Origin: Pocillopora damicornis
Lineage: Eukaryota
Direction: 5' to 3'
Assembly: GCF_003704095.1 (NCBI RefSeq)
Contig: NW_020846072.1
Coordinates: 1-64,000 of the forward strand
Length of the DNA stretch: 64,000 bases
The number at the start of each line of letters is the position of its first letter. Position 1 is the first letter of the stretch. Below the pieces are notes generated by a model. That model saw only the letters and a program-made list of their open reading frames with translations, made no database searches and was not told the DNA's origin. Position numbers and translations under genes: made by a program. Below, one piece after another: positions 62,001 to 64,000 of this stretch.

Positions 62001-64000
62001 AAAGTTATTTGTGAAAAGATAGATGAACTTAAAAGTTTATACCTGAGCTTGGGAGCCCTGAACCATAAAAATTAGATTGGTGGGGTCCAGGTGATTGCAT
62101 ACCAGAAGGCGTTCCATAAAGACCCCCAAGATGAGGCTGCAAAAGAAACATTCTGTCATGATTGGTTGATATCAACACACACATAATGTTACACAAGAAA
62201 TGAAAAGGAGACAAGACCCTTTCAAAAATAGAGTTTACACATAACTAAAATGTCCTTCAAAGTCACTCTTATACATAGCTTAATTCAAGACCAGTGAAAA
62301 GTCAAGTATTACTCAGGGCTATGCCGTAAGTTAGTAACAAACAGTGCATGGATAATGCAATAATAATCATGCCTAGAAAATCTCACAAGCTATAAACAGA
62401 GTATGAACTTTAACCTCCTTCTCTGGTCTGTGTGGAGGAAACATTGAAGGATTGAAGTACATTCCACCTGATCCATAATCATCATCCCCATCATCATTAA
62501 AAACAGGCAACTTTTTCCTCAGGGAGCCAATAGCTGGCATGTTTTTCCTACCACCTAAAGTTTAGAAAAGCACAAGGCCTTATATTAACACACCAAGACT
62601 GGGTTTCTAAAAGCACAGTTGGGTTGACTATGCACAGAACTCTGAAGACCTGATAAGCAGACAACATTCAGTTGTTGTTTGACAAAACAAAGTACATCTA
62701 ACCATCTTCACATGAGCAAAGTGTTCTATCAACATGACTTTATTTTTGTGAACAGCATCAGTTAGCAATGAAATAGAAACAAGTTTATTAACCCTAGCCC
62801 CACCTACGAAGAAATCTCAAGATCTAATGACAGTCTGAATCTGAGGCCTATGTCAACTTTAATTTATATAACCAGGCCTCAGTTGCTAGGGCAGTTACCT
62901 TAATTAGTGTGAATAGTGCTTAGAACAACACTGCTAAGATGCTTCATCTAAAAGGAGAAACATTTATTCCTGTGTCCATGATAATATAGTATAGATTTGG
63001 AATAATCAGTGGGAACAACTATGAGAATTATTTTATTTGTTTTCACTTAATTGTGTTTTAATTACTTTGTATTGACAACCAGTTTTATAGCTGAAATGTA
63101 CAGTAAGCACATCGAGAATTAAAACAGCACAAAAACTTTTGTTATTATTATCATCACTTTCTTGTATACCATTGATTTACATGTGGAGTACCTGCTTTAA
63201 AAGTAATTTTAGTATGTATGCTATACAGAAAACTTTAATTTTAACCAAGCCCATCGGTAGTATTCACTCAAGCTTTTGTTAATTTACCATCAGTAGTATT
63301 TACTCAAGCTTTTGTTAATTTACCATTATTATGTACAATTCCCATCAGCAATTTGAACTGCTGTACTTGCTCTATAGATTGTTATGATAATGACACACCT
63401 CTTCAGCTCTTGGACACTAATAATGATAGTACAAGAAACCATCTGCACAAATGCTATTGCTTAGAATGAATTTAGGTCCCAATGGCTCAGTTATTCAAAC
63501 AAGTTCTATTGTGGACCACAATTTTTGATGTCCAATGGACTTTGAAAGTTCCTCGTTGATGGGCTTTTTAAATTTACTAGATCTTCCTTTTGGTGATAAA
63601 TATAAGGCAGCCTTTCTAGAGTTTTACAAAAACTTTATATTAAGGTGATAATTTCTACATGACTTCAGATAGTTTAGAGCCTGGTTTGATGAATACAGGC
63701 TTGAAGTTATATTTTCATTTATTCCAAATATATTATCATTATGTTAACTTTTGAACAAGGACAAATATAAATTGCCAATTTTATTTTAACTTGTAACCAA
63801 TATCCTAAAGTAATGTAAGTAATGTTTTCTGTCATTTTTAAAAATCAAAATGCAAAAAAGTATATAACTACCATTCATTGACAGATGAAGCATAAAAGGA
63901 CAACACACAAACAATGCACATTTCGAAATTATAATTACTACAACAAGACTTTTTTTACCTGGGGAGAGATCCTGTTGACCTTTCCTCGGAGGAAATGGAT
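53052..64000 (-). CDS. CNOT2: CCR4-NOT transcription complex subunit 2 (5' end beyond window)
   Basis: Exons: >64000-63959, 62554-62415, 62136-62043, 61388-61321, 61038-60890, 60133-60038, 59413-59326, 58709-58658, 57948-57895, 57590-57324, 56718-56672, 56592-56556, 56342-56285, 55626-55550, 55338-55221, 55116-55078, 54435-54374, 54084-54035, 53801-53701, 53262-53052 (TGA); phases consistent. Motifs: LDLSEFPAL, FSIHNEDFPALPG, MVTDQFGMIGLLTFIRAAE, SDLTTLGLNLNS and NOT-box EDLLFYLYY..RDWRYHK..ERGTYYFFD..KEFHLEYDKL. An in-frame ATG at 62540 is a possible start. Confidence 0.96.
54535..54624. other. Assembly gap (N run), intronic
   Basis: Run of N; the flanking CNOT2 exons join in phase across it. 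Confidence 0.99.
56750..56961. mobile_element. piggyBac-type MITE in CNOT2 intron
   Basis: (C)TAACCCTT...AGGGTTAA termini; inverted homologue of the copies at 38431 and 41563. Confidence 0.72.
58463..58549 (+). mobile_element. Decayed Penelope-associated short repeat with minimal hammerhead ribozyme remnant
   Basis: CTCTGACAAAGGGCTAATGCTCAAAATGTCAG. Restoring CpG at four positions gives CTGACGA-AGGGCTAACGCTC-GAAA-CGTC-AG, a minimal type I hammerhead. Confidence 0.6.
60619..60718. other. Assembly gap (N run), intronic
   Basis: 100 N; the flanking CNOT2 exons join in phase. Confidence 0.99.

Noticed and set aside
20565-64000. U12-type or non-canonical introns in SETX/CNOT2
   Set aside because: All inferred introns are GT-AG, and none has the GTATCCTT/ATATCCTT donor.

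Overview
AT-rich, intron-rich animal genomic DNA. The repeat families and gene sequences look cnidarian (stony-coral-like); this is inference. Five protein-coding genes were assembled by hand from GT-AG boundaries and codon phase: (1) the 5' part of a NIPSNAP3-like gene (minus); (2) head-to-head with it, 215 bp away, an 8-exon gene for a 340-aa RWD-RWD-RING-H2 putative E3 ligase (plus); (3) a rhodopsin-family GPCR with two coding exons (minus); (4) a complete 29-exon senataxin (SETX/Sen1) gene of about 2559 aa over 31 kb (minus); (5) most of CNOT2 (minus, 5' end beyond the window). Introns and intergenic DNA carry decayed mobile elements: a Ngaro-type tyrosine-recombinase retrotransposon with its split direct repeats still recognisable, an inverted-repeat-bounded Polinton/Maverick-like relic with a nested Penelope fragment, further Penelope-like fragments with decayed minimal hammerhead ribozymes, tRNA-derived SINE-like repeats, piggyBac-type and other MITEs, and fold-back palindromes. 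The most notable observations are the FANCL-like double-RWD/RING-H2 protein, a dense SUMO-site cluster in SETX, a sharp 5'-versus-3' CpG switch inside both long genes, and an unidentified decayed coding-like block of about 3 kb in a SETX intron. No database searches were run; family assignments rest on remembered motifs.
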